From assembly GCA_023404495.1 (NCBI GenBank), contig JAEYBE010000045.1, positions 6,970-70,969 of the forward strand: DNA of 64,000 nucleotides, given 5' to 3'. The position numbers and the translations under genes were made by a program. The stretch is from Actinomycetes bacterium. Its GTDB lineage: Bacteria > Actinomycetota > Thermoleophilia > Solirubrobacterales > JACPNS01. Below the pieces are notes generated by a model. The model ran no database searches. It saw only the letters and a list, made by a program, of their open reading frames with translations, and was not told where the DNA came from. Of this stretch, positions 34,755-43,944 are shown piece by piece. How positions within the stretch are numbered: position 1 is the first letter of the stretch; every line of letters starts with the position of its first letter.

Positions 34755-34784
34755 CGAAGGGCCGCCCTGGTTGGCGGCCCTTCG
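34755..34784 (+). terminator. stem-loop terminator candidate
   Basis: CGAAGGGCCGCC-CTGGTT-GGCGGCCCTTCG has a perfect 12-bp stem, lies 43 nt after the stop, and is followed by the T-containing tract GTGGTTCTGATTTCC. Confidence 0.55.
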
Positions 34785-35055
34785 TGGTTCTGATTTCCGT
34801 GCAATTGAAGTGAAGCTCGGCTCGGTGCGCGCACACCTTGTCGGCTGCCGCCCCTGGCCGGTGGGACTAGTGATCCGGCCGCCTCACCTCACCGGTGCAA
34901 GGTCTGGATTTCGCTCTCGCGAAGCACGAACGCGTCAGCGCTCCCGCACCTCCAGAGTCCCGCAAAACATATGACTGATACGGACCACCTCCTCTCTCTG
35001 GTGGATTCAGTAAACCACGCAGAGAGGCGGAGGTGTCCGATTCAGTTCGAGTGCG

Positions 35056-35730
35056 CTAGGCCGGCGTCTTGGTCGACGGGTCCGGCACGATGCGGATGTA
35101 CGGCTTGGGGCTCTCCCAGCCTTCCGGGTACTTCTCCTTGGCGGCCTCGTCGGTGACGCTGCCGGCAATGATCACGTCGTCGCCCTTGTTCCACTGGGCC
35201 GGAGTTGCGACGGCCTCCTTGGCGGTCAGCTGCAGCGAGTCGATCACGCGGAGGATCTCGTCGAAGTTGCGTCCGGTGGTCATCGGGTAGATCAGGATCA
35301 GCTTGATCTTCTTGTCCGGGCCGATCACGAAGACGTTGCGCAGGGCGGCGTTCTGAGCCGGGGTGCGCAGCGTCGGGTCGGTGTCGATCAACTCGAGCAT
35401 GCCGTAGGCGTTGGCGATCGAGTGGTCGGTGTCGCCGATGATCGGGTACTGCGGGCGCGTGCCCTGCGTCTCCTCGATGTCGTCGGCCCACTTCTCGTGG
35501 TTGTCGACTGGGTCGGTCGAGATGCCGATCACCTTGACGCCGCGGCTGGTGAATTCGGGTTCGATGCTGGCGAGGTAGCCGAGCTCGGTCGTGCAGACCG
35601 GCGTGAAGTCGCGCGGGTGCGAGAAGAGGACGGCCCAGCCGTCGCCGATCCACTCGTGAAAGTCGATCTCGCCCTGGGTGGTCTGTGCTTTGAAGTTCGG
35701 GGCTTCAGAGCCGATGGTGAGGTTTGACAT
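35056..35730 (-). CDS. 1-Cys peroxiredoxin (Prx6 type)
   Basis: WAVLFSHPRDFTPVCTTELG peroxidatic-Cys motif, with length and C-terminus typical of the Prx6 subfamily. Confidence 0.9.
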   Translation of the reverse strand: MSNLTIGSEAPNFKAQTTQGEIDFHEWIGDGWAVLFSHPRDFTPVCTTELGYLASIEPEFTSRGVKVIGISTDPVDNHEKWADDIEETQGTRPQYPIIGDTDHSIANAYGMLELIDTDPTLRTPAQNAALRNVFVIGPDKKIKLILIYPMTTGRNFDEILRVIDSLQLTAKEAVATPAQWNKGDDVIIAGSVTDEAAKEKYPEGWESPKPYIRIVPDPSTKTPA

Positions 35731-35879
35731 GGTGATGTTCTCCTGGGGTATTGCTTGCTGACCGCCTGCCGGCGGTCGAAATCTGACGTTGTAAACACAA
35801 TACCCCTAATGCCGATCAGATTTGTCGGTGTTTTGTGAAGAATGCCGCTGTGGCTTGTTTATGCGGTTTTTACTCCATG

Positions 35880-35901
35880 AGGCGACCCCTCGGGGTCGCC
35901 T
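35880..35901 (-). terminator. GC-rich hairpin after crotonase stop
   Basis: AGGCGACCCC-TC-GGGGTCGCCT lies 18 nt downstream of the minus-strand stop at 35919. There is no clear U-tract. Confidence 0.3.
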
Positions 35902-35918
35902 GATGGAAGATTTCCCGC

Positions 35919-36710
35919 TTACTTACGGTCGCGCCAGCCATCCGGCGCTCCGCCTGACTTGCGCGCGCGGCGGTGGTTGTCCGTGCGCAGCAGTCGCGCC
36001 TGCTCGCGTGACTCGACCCAAAAGGCCTTGCGCTCGGACGCCGTCCAGCTGCGATGAAATAGCCGCTTCGCCGACCCAGCTGCGTCCGGCGAGCGAGCGC
36101 TGACTTCACGCGCAAGCTCCTCGGCGCCGGCAAGCGGGTCGTCCGCGACCTCGGTGACCAGCCCCAGCTCCAAAGCACGCGCCCCGGAGAAGACTTCCGC
36201 CGTCATCGTCAGCCGCTTTGCGACATCGATCGGCACCAGCTCGCGCAACGTGACGCTGCCAGTCATGTCGGGGATCAAGCCCCACTTGGCCTCCATCACC
36301 GAGAGCTCGCAGTCGGGCGAGGCAACGCGAAAGTCACAGGCAAGCGCCAGCTGCAATCCCCCGCCATAACAACGGCCGTGCAGCGCGGCGACGACCGGCA
36401 CCGGGAGATCGCGCCAGACCCAACAGCAGCGCTGAAACAGATTGAGCTTCTGCAGGCGCGGCACCTTCGCAAACGCCCGCGCAACGGCTGCCGGCTGCTT
36501 GGCGACCGATGCGAAGTCGAGCCCGGCCGAAAATGCATCCCCCTCGCCCGAGAGCAAGACGGCGCGCACCGACTTGTCGCGGCGGATCTCCCTGGCGGCG
36601 TCGACCAGACCGCGCAGCATCGGCAGATCCAGACCGTTGAGCTTCTCGGCGCGGGCCAGCCGTACGTGCGCGAGTCCATCGCCGCGCTCGACGACAACGC
36701 GACCGGCCAT
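35919..36710 (-). CDS. enoyl-CoA hydratase/isomerase (crotonase) family protein
   Basis: ARAEKLNGLD...VLLSGEGDAFSAGLD...ALHGRCYGGGLQLALACD. ATG 36710 overlaps the upstream stop by 1 nt (TGATG). Confidence 0.85.
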   Translation of the reverse strand: MAGRVVVERGDGLAHVRLARAEKLNGLDLPMLRGLVDAAREIRRDKSVRAVLLSGEGDAFSAGLDFASVAKQPAAVARAFAKVPRLQKLNLFQRCCWVWRDLPVPVVAALHGRCYGGGLQLALACDFRVASPDCELSVMEAKWGLIPDMTGSVTLRELVPIDVAKRLTMTAEVFSGARALELGLVTEVADDPLAGAEELAREVSARSPDAAGSAKRLFHRSWTASERKAFWVESREQARLLRTDNHRRARKSGGAPDGWRDRK

Positions 36711-37045
36711 CAGCTCCCAGCCTCGATCGCGCGCTCGCGGAAGTAGAGGAACAGTGGGAGCGCGAAGCACAAACCGATCAGCGTGTTGGCAGGAATCACC
36801 CACCACCAATGCTTGAGGCCATGCAGCACCGCTTCGTGCTGGGCCCAGAACCAGAAGACGATTGAAGAAATTGTGATGTCCATGAAGACCGCGATCGCGA
36901 TCTTGTTGTCAAAAGCAGCATCGAGAATCGCACCGAAGTCGAGCGATCCGTAGTCGATGACGTAGAGCGTGATCAGCGTCGGCGGCACGATGAAGCCGAC
37001 GATCGCCAGGGCGAGATATGCGGTTGCACGTTTCATGCGGCGCAC
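36710..37045 (-). CDS. DUF2834 family membrane protein
   Basis: 111 aa with 3-4 TM segments. AFDNKIAIAVFMDITISSIVFWFWAQHEA is a typical DUF2834 pattern. Confidence 0.7.
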   Translation of the reverse strand: MRRMKRATAYLALAIVGFIVPPTLITLYVIDYGSLDFGAILDAAFDNKIAIAVFMDITISSIVFWFWAQHEAVLHGLKHWWWVIPANTLIGLCFALPLFLYFRERAIEAGS

Positions 37046-37068
37046 ACTACAGGCGCGCCGTCAGTCGG

Positions 37069-37641
37069 CTAGATCTCGCCCGTCGATCCCGTCGGCCCAG
37101 TTGGCCCAGTCTCGCCAGTTGGACCTGTGGGGCCGGTCGGCCCGGTCGGCCCGTTTGTGCCAGGCGGATCGGGCAACGGCGCAAGGATCCTGAACTTCGC
37201 GGCCAGGCAGTTGTTCTTCTCGCGACGTTCTTTCACCGTCTTCAAACCGTCAGCGCAGGAAATCACCCAGTACTTCCCCTGCGGAAAATCTTTGGGCACC
37301 AGGAAGCTGAACTTCCCCTTGCGGCTCACTCCTGGTCGCGTCTTCGCTGTGTTGAAGCCGCCGATCAAGACATCGCCGCTGCTGAGTTTGCTGTCGTAGG
37401 AGATGCTGAACACAGTGGTCGACCTGGCAGCCCGCCGTTTGCCGACGTTGCTGATCGTGCTCTTGGCAAGCACCGACTCGCCAGCCGGAACACTCGAAGG
37501 AGTGAGGGTCGGCTTGGACGAGATCAGATCCGGACGGGGGGATGCGGCAATCGCGTTCGCACTCACGATCATCAGGATCGCTATGCCGAGTGCCGAGATT
37601 GCAGCACCGCGCCGCAGGGGTATCGCGCGCACAAATGCCAT
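37069..37641 (-). CDS. secreted CARDB-like domain protein with C-terminal collagen-like G-x-y repeats
   Basis: Signal peptide. ISNVGKRRA...GKYWVISCADG...ERREKNNC is CARDB-like. The C-terminus reads PGTNGPTGPTGPTGPTGETGPTGPTGSTGEI. Confidence 0.7.
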   Translation of the reverse strand: MAFVRAIPLRRGAAISALGIAILMIVSANAIAASPRPDLISSKPTLTPSSVPAGESVLAKSTISNVGKRRAARSTTVFSISYDSKLSSGDVLIGGFNTAKTRPGVSRKGKFSFLVPKDFPQGKYWVISCADGLKTVKERREKNNCLAAKFRILAPLPDPPGTNGPTGPTGPTGPTGETGPTGPTGSTGEI

Positions 37642-37701
37642 GAATCGAGTTTATTGCGGGATCTGGGATCTGCCAAGGGCCGGCTTCCCGGCGCTGGCAG
37701 G

Positions 37702-38511
37702 CTAGAGACCGAATGCCTTGAGGATCTCCGGTGTGAGCTCGGAGGAGCCGATCGCCAGACGCTTGACTTCTCGAAGCTCGACCCGCGCAGACTGCTCAGA
37801 CCCCGGGGAAATCTCGGCCACCGCGGGGAGCAGTTGCTGATCGACAAACTCCCGCGCCGCCTGCTCGGAGGACCAAACGAGTGTGTTCTTGATCGACTCG
37901 TCGTAACTGACGGCGAGCCGCATCACTATTCCCGGGTCGCAGTTCTCGACCAAATCGAGCTGTAGCCAGAGCGCGTGATCGTCAGCATCGGAGAAGCCGT
38001 CGACAACGAGATCGACTGCCGTCAAGGTCATACCGAGTCGCCGGGCCGCTGCCTCGTCTAGGTCGGCCCCGATGTCGACGAACTCTTTGGCGAGCGGCCC
38101 AAAGGTCAACGTTGTCAGTAGCCGGTTCTGCGGCAGCACGTCGACCGGCCGGAAACCCTCTTCGGAGAGCACTCGAACCGCTTCGGTGAAGCGCTCCACA
38201 CCGATCGTCGTCATGTAGTCGCGCTCGTAGTCCTGGCTGCGCCAGACCGCCTGGATCATCACGCCGTCGGCGTCCGGCCCCGAGAGGCTCAGCAAATAGC
38301 CCTCGGGCCAGTGCTCGTAGATCGCCCACAGTTCATAAAGCCGACGGTTGAAGTTCCAATCCGCAGCGAGTGGCACTTCGGTTCCGAGCGAAAATCCTTC
38401 AACGATCACCGCCGGCACGCGTGCTGCGCGTCCGTCATTCGCGCGCAAGTCCGCAGACTCCCCGAGGCCTGGCTCAGCTGGCAAAGCAGCACCGCCCTTC
38501 TCCCCAACCAC
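37702..38511 (-). CDS. hypothetical protein
   Basis: 269-aa ORF with good coding character. No family recognised. Confidence 0.55.
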   Translation of the reverse strand: MVGEKGGAALPAEPGLGESADLRANDGRAARVPAVIVEGFSLGTEVPLAADWNFNRRLYELWAIYEHWPEGYLLSLSGPDADGVMIQAVWRSQDYERDYMTTIGVERFTEAVRVLSEEGFRPVDVLPQNRLLTTLTFGPLAKEFVDIGADLDEAAARRLGMTLTAVDLVVDGFSDADDHALWLQLDLVENCDPGIVMRLAVSYDESIKNTLVWSSEQAAREFVDQQLLPAVAEISPGSEQSARVELREVKRLAIGSSELTPEILKAFGL

Positions 38512-38565
38512 TAACGAATAACGACGAGCAACTCCACCCTACCGTCGGCGCGGACGGTGCAACGC

Positions 38566-38970
38566 CTACGGTCGACTGGTCAGTGCACCGACGATCTCGT
38601 CGGTCTCAACGATCTCGCGGCCAAACGGCCAGAGGGCGACTGGCACCAGTTTGATGTTGCCGATCGCCAGCGGAATGCCAATGATCGTGATCGCGAGTGC
38701 CGCCGCAGTGACGATGTAGCCGATCGCCAGCCACCAGCCGGCGAGGATCAGCCAGATGACGTTTCCGATCACAGACCAGCCGCCGGCCGTCTCCTTTTTG
38801 ATCACCGTGCGACCAAATGGCCAGAGGCTGTACATCGCGATCTTGAAGGCCTGAAGTCCGAACGGAATCGTGATGATCAAGATGCACATGACGATCCCGG
38901 CGAGCATCCAGCCGAGGAAGAGCCAGAAGCCGGAGAAGATCAGCCAGATGATGTTGAGCAGTGTGCGCAC
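38566..38970 (-). CDS. YccF domain-containing inner membrane protein
   Basis: The duplicated motif NIIWLIFSGFWLFLGW / NVIWLILAGWWLAIGY with IPFGLQ / IPLAIG is typical of YccF (DUF307). Confidence 0.8.
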   Translation of the reverse strand: MRTLLNIIWLIFSGFWLFLGWMLAGIVMCILIITIPFGLQAFKIAMYSLWPFGRTVIKKETAGGWSVIGNVIWLILAGWWLAIGYIVTAAALAITIIGIPLAIGNIKLVPVALWPFGREIVETDEIVGALTSRP

Positions 38971-39022
38971 CGGCTTCTGACTCTAATTCAGTTATGCGCG
39001 AGGCTTGCGCGCTTGCAATCCG

Positions 39023-39637
39023 TCAGCGCGCAGCGGCCGCGGTGCGACGCGATCGCCCGTTGGTCGCGCCCCGAGAACGCGCTCGAGTGCCGGCACGACG
39101 ACGCTGATCGGCCGGCACCTGTTCGGTCGCCACTGCCTTGGCCAGCGTCTGCACCTCGCGTTCCAGGAACTTCGCCATGCGCTCTTCGTCGCGCACAATC
39201 GACCGCGCAAGCTTTGCTGTCTCTGCGTCGCCTGCCTTCTCTGCAAACGCTTCCAGCGAGCGATACATCGCGATCTCCTCGTTCTCTTTCATGAACTCAT
39301 TGCGCGCGTTCGTGAGCATCGTCTCCTGATCGCTGCCGCCGCGCAGTACTTCCACGGGGGCCTTGGCGATCGCCTTGCCCACGCCCACTGCATCTTGCAC
39401 GACTTGCGCGCCCTCAGCAAGGATCGAGTTTCCCGCGCCCAGCTGCCTGAGCCGCTTCTCGATTTCCTTGGCATGGTGCCGCGTCTCGGTCAGATGCTGG
39501 CGGAGCCGCTTCTTGTAGGACATCTTGTCGGTCATCTCGATGTGCGATTGCAGCGACGATTCAAGTTCGCGTTCTTTGCCATGAGCTTCGTTTAGGTACT
39601 GCACGATCTTCGCGTCGCGCTCGTTGAGATTTGACAT
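39023..39637 (-). CDS. ferritin-like DUF892 (YciE/YciF-like) protein
   Basis: IVQYLNEAHGKERELESSLQSHIEMT...HLTETRHHAKEIEKRL is typical of DUF892, followed by an Arg-rich tail. Confidence 0.8.
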   Translation of the reverse strand: MSNLNERDAKIVQYLNEAHGKERELESSLQSHIEMTDKMSYKKRLRQHLTETRHHAKEIEKRLRQLGAGNSILAEGAQVVQDAVGVGKAIAKAPVEVLRGGSDQETMLTNARNEFMKENEEIAMYRSLEAFAEKAGDAETAKLARSIVRDEERMAKFLEREVQTLAKAVATEQVPADQRRRAGTRARSRGATNGRSRRTAAAAR

Positions 39638-39746
39638 GGGTCACCTCTCTCTGCGGAGTTGAGATTGGTCAGCCAATTGGCCGAGCCGGACATTCCGCAA
39701 CTACCCGAAGCTCGGCGCAGAGAAACGACAAAGAGCTGCGCGCGAC

Positions 39747-40559
39747 CTATCCGCGGGGCGGGTAGTCGCTCTTGTCCATCACCTTGTCGACATCACGGCG
39801 GATCGCTTTGGCCATCTGCTTCATCGAGAGCACCCGCGAGCCGAACCAGGTGAGCTTTGCGTTATGGCCGTAGACGATTCGCGACTTGCCGCTGATCACA
39901 GCATTCAGAACCACCTGCGCTATGTCGTCGGGCGAGGTGCGCAGGTACTTCTTGCGGAATTCCTGGCTGCCCTCGACGCGCGCGATGTTCGTGTCGATCC
40001 CGCCCGGGTGCACCAAGTGCACGCCGATCTTCGTCTCCAGCAGCTCGACCGCGAGCGACTCGGTGAAGCCGCGCACGGCGAACTTGCTCGCGCAGTAGTC
40101 AGAGGCGCCGGGCGCGCCGACGAGACCGAAGATGCTCGAGACGTTGACGATCGCGCCCTCGTCGTTGCGGATCAGTTGCGGCAGGAACGCGCGGGTGCCG
40201 TGCACCACGCCGTAGAAATTGACGTCCATCACGCGCTCGTAGAACTCATCGCCGGTGGCCCAGACCGGGCGCGTGCTGCCCTCGATTCCGGCGTTGTTGA
40301 TCACCAGGTGCGCGTCGCCGAGTTCCTCTGAGACTCGGGCGGCGAAGGCATAGGTCGCCGTCTTGTCTGAGACGTCATACGCCTGCGCCAGAACTTTGGT
40401 GCCTGCCGGGAGAAGATCGACAGTCTCCTGCAACTCGGCCTCCGCGTAGTCGTTGAGCGCCAGCACCGCACCACGATCAGCCAGCAGCTTCGCGTAAGAG
40501 CGGCCCATCCCTGAGCCCGCGCCGGTCACAACGCAGACCTTGTCGTTGAAGGTCTTCAT
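39747..40559 (-). CDS. SDR family oxidoreductase
   Basis: VVTGAGSGMGRS cofactor motif and the YCASKFAV catalytic Y-x3-K. Confidence 0.9.
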   Translation of the reverse strand: MKTFNDKVCVVTGAGSGMGRSYAKLLADRGAVLALNDYAEAELQETVDLLPAGTKVLAQAYDVSDKTATYAFAARVSEELGDAHLVINNAGIEGSTRPVWATGDEFYERVMDVNFYGVVHGTRAFLPQLIRNDEGAIVNVSSIFGLVGAPGASDYCASKFAVRGFTESLAVELLETKIGVHLVHPGGIDTNIARVEGSQEFRKKYLRTSPDDIAQVVLNAVISGKSRIVYGHNAKLTWFGSRVLSMKQMAKAIRRDVDKVMDKSDYPPRG

Positions 40560-40573
40560 GCGCCGAGCCTAAT

Positions 40574-41245
40574 TCAGGAGACAACGAAGAACGCGATCAC
40601 CGAGTACTGCAGCGCGATCGCAATCACCACCAAGAGATGGAAGACCTCGTGGTATCCATAGACGCCCGGCACCGGGTTGGGCTTTTGCAGCGCGTAGATG
40701 ATCGCGCCCGCTGTATAGGCCACGCCGCCCAAAGCCAACAGGGCCGTTCCGACGGCGCCGATCTCGCCGACGATCTTCGGGATCGCAATCAGGCTCACCC
40801 AGCCAAGACCGATGCAGATGATCGCCATGATCCATTTGGAGGCGTCGGCCAGCGCGAGCTCCATGATGCTGCCGGCGACCGCGACTGCCCACACGACGAT
40901 CAGCAGCACGGTGGAAAACGTGCCTTCGAGTACCAGCAACGCGAACGGTGTGTAGGTCCCGGCGATCAGCAGGAAAATCATCGAGTGGTCGAGCCGGCGC
41001 AGCTTCATGCGCACCGAGTGCGACCAGTCGCCTCGGTGGTAGAGCGCCGAAACGCCAAGCAGCGCCGAGACGCTGACTGCAAAGACCGCCGCAGCGACGA
41101 TCGCGCGCGCGCCGGTGGCCGCCCAAAGCAGCACGATTCCGCATGCCAGCGAAACAAAGAAGGCCTGCTGGTGGAGCACGCCGCGCTGCTTGGGCTTTAC
41201 GCCCTTGACGGGCGGCTCGGTCTCGGTGGCGGCAGCTTCGGGCAT
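40574..41245 (-). CDS. hemolysin III / PAQR family membrane protein
   Basis: 7-TM pattern with HxxxF...LYHRG...DHSMIFLLIAGTYTPF...HEVFHLLV, the conserved His/Asp positions of the HlyIII family. Confidence 0.85.
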   Translation of the reverse strand: MPEAAATETEPPVKGVKPKQRGVLHQQAFFVSLACGIVLLWAATGARAIVAAAVFAVSVSALLGVSALYHRGDWSHSVRMKLRRLDHSMIFLLIAGTYTPFALLVLEGTFSTVLLIVVWAVAVAGSIMELALADASKWIMAIICIGLGWVSLIAIPKIVGEIGAVGTALLALGGVAYTAGAIIYALQKPNPVPGVYGYHEVFHLLVVIAIALQYSVIAFFVVS

Positions 41246-41450
41246 GGTGGTCGGTTTTTCTTACGCGCAGATGACGCGTTGGTTACTCGGCAGGTTCGGG
41301 CATAAGTATGGCGCTGCGCCGCGATCGAGACAAGCGCAACGAACCGCGCACTTTGTCTTCGCAACTCGAGCTCCGATCGCGGTGTTTAAGAGACAGTTCA
41401 GCCCGGCGCACTTCGTAAGCGCGGGCGAGCAAACTGATGGGGAGGAAACA

Positions 41451-42290
41451 ATGGGCAAGAGACTGATACTCGGAATCGCCGTCGTGGCGGTACTCGCATT
41501 CGGCGCGACCGCATCACACGCCGCGCTGCAGAATGCCGTCTCGGTGAAGGTGAACTTCAAGAAGGCTGGAGGGCCGGGATCGCTCTCGGTTCAACTGATC
41601 AATATGGACGATGTGCCGCTGCCCGAGGGCAAGCCGTTGTCGAAATCGTCAATCAACGCACGGTTGTACGACGGAGGCCTCGTGCCCCAGCGCATCAGCC
41701 GGCTGATCGTGCAGTCGAGTTCGGCGAAGTACAACCGCAAGGCGCTGCCCTACTGCAAGGTGATCTACAACGGGCAGAACAAGATCCCGACGCGCGCCGA
41801 CGGCATCACGGGCGCGGAAGAACTGACCTACGTCCCGGGCGAGAAGAACTCGAGCTCGGTGAGCAAGGCCTGCCCCAAGACGAGCGTGCTGGGCAAGGGG
41901 AACTTCACCGCCGTAGTCGGCACGCCAGGTCAGCCATACGACCCGTCGCAGGCTGGCGCACTCGCCGGAACGGTGATCGCCTACAACTACCAGCCGAGAT
42001 CGGGCGACACGATGGGCTCCGTCGTGCGCCTGCACGTGGACAGCCCGGTGCCGGCCAACCAGTACCTCTACGTTGGCGTGAGCAAGAGCGGCATCTTGCG
42101 GGCGGACGTACCCAGGCGTTCGGAGATCCCGACCAACCTCGACGCCACGATTCCGGCAGGTGAGGTCTCGATGACGAGCCTCGACCTCAAGCTCACGGCG
42201 CCCAAGCCGAAGAGCAAGCGCGGCAAGCCGATCTTCACGATCAAGTCCTTCAAGAGCTTGAACGTGTACGGACAGCTCGTTCGCGAGTAA
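41451..42290 (+). CDS. secreted hypothetical protein
   Basis: GGGGAGGA RBS then ATG 41451. Signal peptide MGKRLILGIAVVAVLAFGATASHA. The longer ORF upstream lacks coding character. Confidence 0.65.
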   Translation: MGKRLILGIAVVAVLAFGATASHAALQNAVSVKVNFKKAGGPGSLSVQLINMDDVPLPEGKPLSKSSINARLYDGGLVPQRISRLIVQSSSAKYNRKALPYCKVIYNGQNKIPTRADGITGAEELTYVPGEKNSSSVSKACPKTSVLGKGNFTAVVGTPGQPYDPSQAGALAGTVIAYNYQPRSGDTMGSVVRLHVDSPVPANQYLYVGVSKSGILRADVPRRSEIPTNLDATIPAGEVSMTSLDLKLTAPKPKSKRGKPIFTIKSFKSLNVYGQLVRE

Positions 42291-42459
42291 CTCCCCGGGC
42301 AATCGCTGGGTTGGGACGCGCCCATTCGCCAGATTGGCGAGTGGGCGCGTCCTCGTTTTGACAGATTCGCCAACCGTTTTGCCGGTGGCTGCGTAATCCC
42401 CTATCGAAGGCCGAACCTCACGACCGGCCGCAAGGAACTTCGATCAGGAGACGCTCACA

Positions 42460-43038
42460 ATGAACGCACGCAAACCACTCACGATGTTGATGGCGGTAGT
42501 CGTCCTCTGTCTGGCCGCATTCACTGCTGCCGGCTGCGGCGACGACAACGAGTCATCGACCGCGGCCACCACGGCCGAGACCGGCACGATGACCGACAGC
42601 ATGGACATCGTCGCAACCGCGTCTGACACCGCGGATCTTTCGACGCTCGTAAAGCTGGTGACCGCGGCCGGACTCGTCGAAACGCTGCAGGGCGAAGGAC
42701 CCTTCACGGTCTTCGCGCCGGACAACGCCGCGTTTGACAAGGTCGACGCTCAGACGCTGAAGGACCTGCAGGACCCGGCCAACAAGGAACAGCTCAAGGC
42801 CGTCCTGACCTACCACGTCGTCGCTGGCGAATACACCGCAGAGGACATCGTCAAGCTGGCCGGTGAGGGCAAGAAGCTCAAGACCGTCCAGGGCGAGGAC
42901 CTCACCCCCGAGGTTGACGGTGAGACGGTGACGCTCAAGGACGCCAACGGCAACACCGCGACGGTGGTGAAGGCAGACGTGATGACGTCGAACGGGGTCG
43001 TGCACGTGATTGATGGAGTGCTGTTGCCGAAGAGCTAG
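42460..43038 (+). CDS. fasciclin (FAS1) domain lipoprotein
   Basis: Lipobox AAFTAAGCG. FTVFAPDNAAFDKV and NGVVHVIDGVLLP are FAS1 H1/H2 motifs. AGGAG RBS. Confidence 0.9.
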   Translation: MNARKPLTMLMAVVVLCLAAFTAAGCGDDNESSTAATTAETGTMTDSMDIVATASDTADLSTLVKLVTAAGLVETLQGEGPFTVFAPDNAAFDKVDAQTLKDLQDPANKEQLKAVLTYHVVAGEYTAEDIVKLAGEGKKLKTVQGEDLTPEVDGETVTLKDANGNTATVVKADVMTSNGVVHVIDGVLLPKS

Positions 43039-43079
43039 GGCCTGCCTGCCCCTGTCGGGTAGCTAGCTAGGCACGATCG

Positions 43080-43116
43080 CCCGGGATCTTCATCTCCCCC
43101 TCTTGGAGGTCCCGGG
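43080..43116. terminator. hairpin between convergent genes
   Basis: CCCGGGA...CTCC..GGAG..TCCCGGG forms a nested stem between the fasciclin stop and the minus-strand stop at 43135. Confidence 0.3.
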
Positions 43117-43134
43117 CTTTCGCGCCGCTTGGCC

Positions 43135-43944
43135 CTAGTCCTGGCAGGTAACCGAGCGATTCTGGAGCTGACCAAGCCAGCCAGAAAAACTGTCGGCTGG
43201 GTTGGTAGCCGCGATTGAGAGCCTGCGGTAGGTGAGATAAGCGCCGCAGTGGCCGGGGTCGGTCGCGAGCAAGTTGACCGAGAACGAACGCTCGCATTCA
43301 CCGCCGTCTTCGCACTCGGGCCAGGTACCGTACGCCTCGGCCGTCGCGGTCGCCGATGCCGTGGCGGTCCCCCAGCCCGACCACTGGCCGACCAGATTCA
43401 CGCTCAACCAATTGTTGGCAACGACAGTGAAAGGCTTGAAACGCGGGAGAAAATCCTGCATTGTCGGATACTCGGCTGAAGAGCTCCACTCGGCGGGAAG
43501 GTGGACACGAGCGTTGGATCCCCCGGATCCGCAGCCGAGAACCGCGTACTTGGACCTCGCCCGCATCCTCTTCCAGAAACCGGCCTTGCGCTTCTGGCGC
43601 CCCTTGAACGACAGCCGGAAGGTCGTGTAGACGCGGTCGGCCCCGCAGACCTTCTTTGACCCCAGGATGATCTTGCCGGATGCGCGGATTCCGCCGCGGT
43701 TGTAACAGTGATCGCAGAGGTACCCGGTGCCGACCGCCTTGGTGCGGCCCCAGTCCTTCCACTTGCTCACCCGGAACGTTGAACCGGAGCCGAACTTGAT
43801 TGCTGTCGGACGATAGGACAGGGGTCCGTACTCGGCGATCGGGTAGACCGACGCGACGGTGCCGGCCTGTGCTTGCGGTGCTGCGGCCGCAATGAGACTT
43901 GCGGCGAGGATCGCGACGGTTGTGGTTCGCCTAACCCGGCGCAC
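43135..43944 (-). CDS. secreted protein, WxxWG-repeat family paralog 1 (two repeats)
   Basis: GTG 43944 overlaps the upstream TAG by 1 nt. Signal peptide TTTVAILAASLIAAAAPQAQA. Repeats: FRVSKWKDWGRTKAVGTG...CGADRVYTTFRL and LVGQWSGWGTATASATA...CGAYLTYRRL. Confidence 0.65.
   Translation of the reverse strand: MRRVRRTTTVAILAASLIAAAAPQAQAGTVASVYPIAEYGPLSYRPTAIKFGSGSTFRVSKWKDWGRTKAVGTGYLCDHCYNRGGIRASGKIILGSKKVCGADRVYTTFRLSFKGRQKRKAGFWKRMRARSKYAVLGCGSGGSNARVHLPAEWSSSAEYPTMQDFLPRFKPFTVVANNWLSVNLVGQWSGWGTATASATATAEAYGTWPECEDGGECERSFSVNLLATDPGHCGAYLTYRRLSIAATNPADSFSGWLGQLQNRSVTCQD

Noticed and set aside
35822-36103. 93-aa plus-strand ORF spanning the hairpin region upstream of the peroxiredoxin gene.
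   Set aside because: It overlaps the crotonase 3' end in antisense and has a junk-like composition. The palindromic hairpin explains the mirrored MEDF/LMEATPRG translations on both strands.
41115-41450. N-terminal extension of the 391-aa ORF, which would overlap the hemolysin III gene start.
   Set aside because: The extension lacks coding character. A strong RBS plus a signal peptide begins at ATG 41451.
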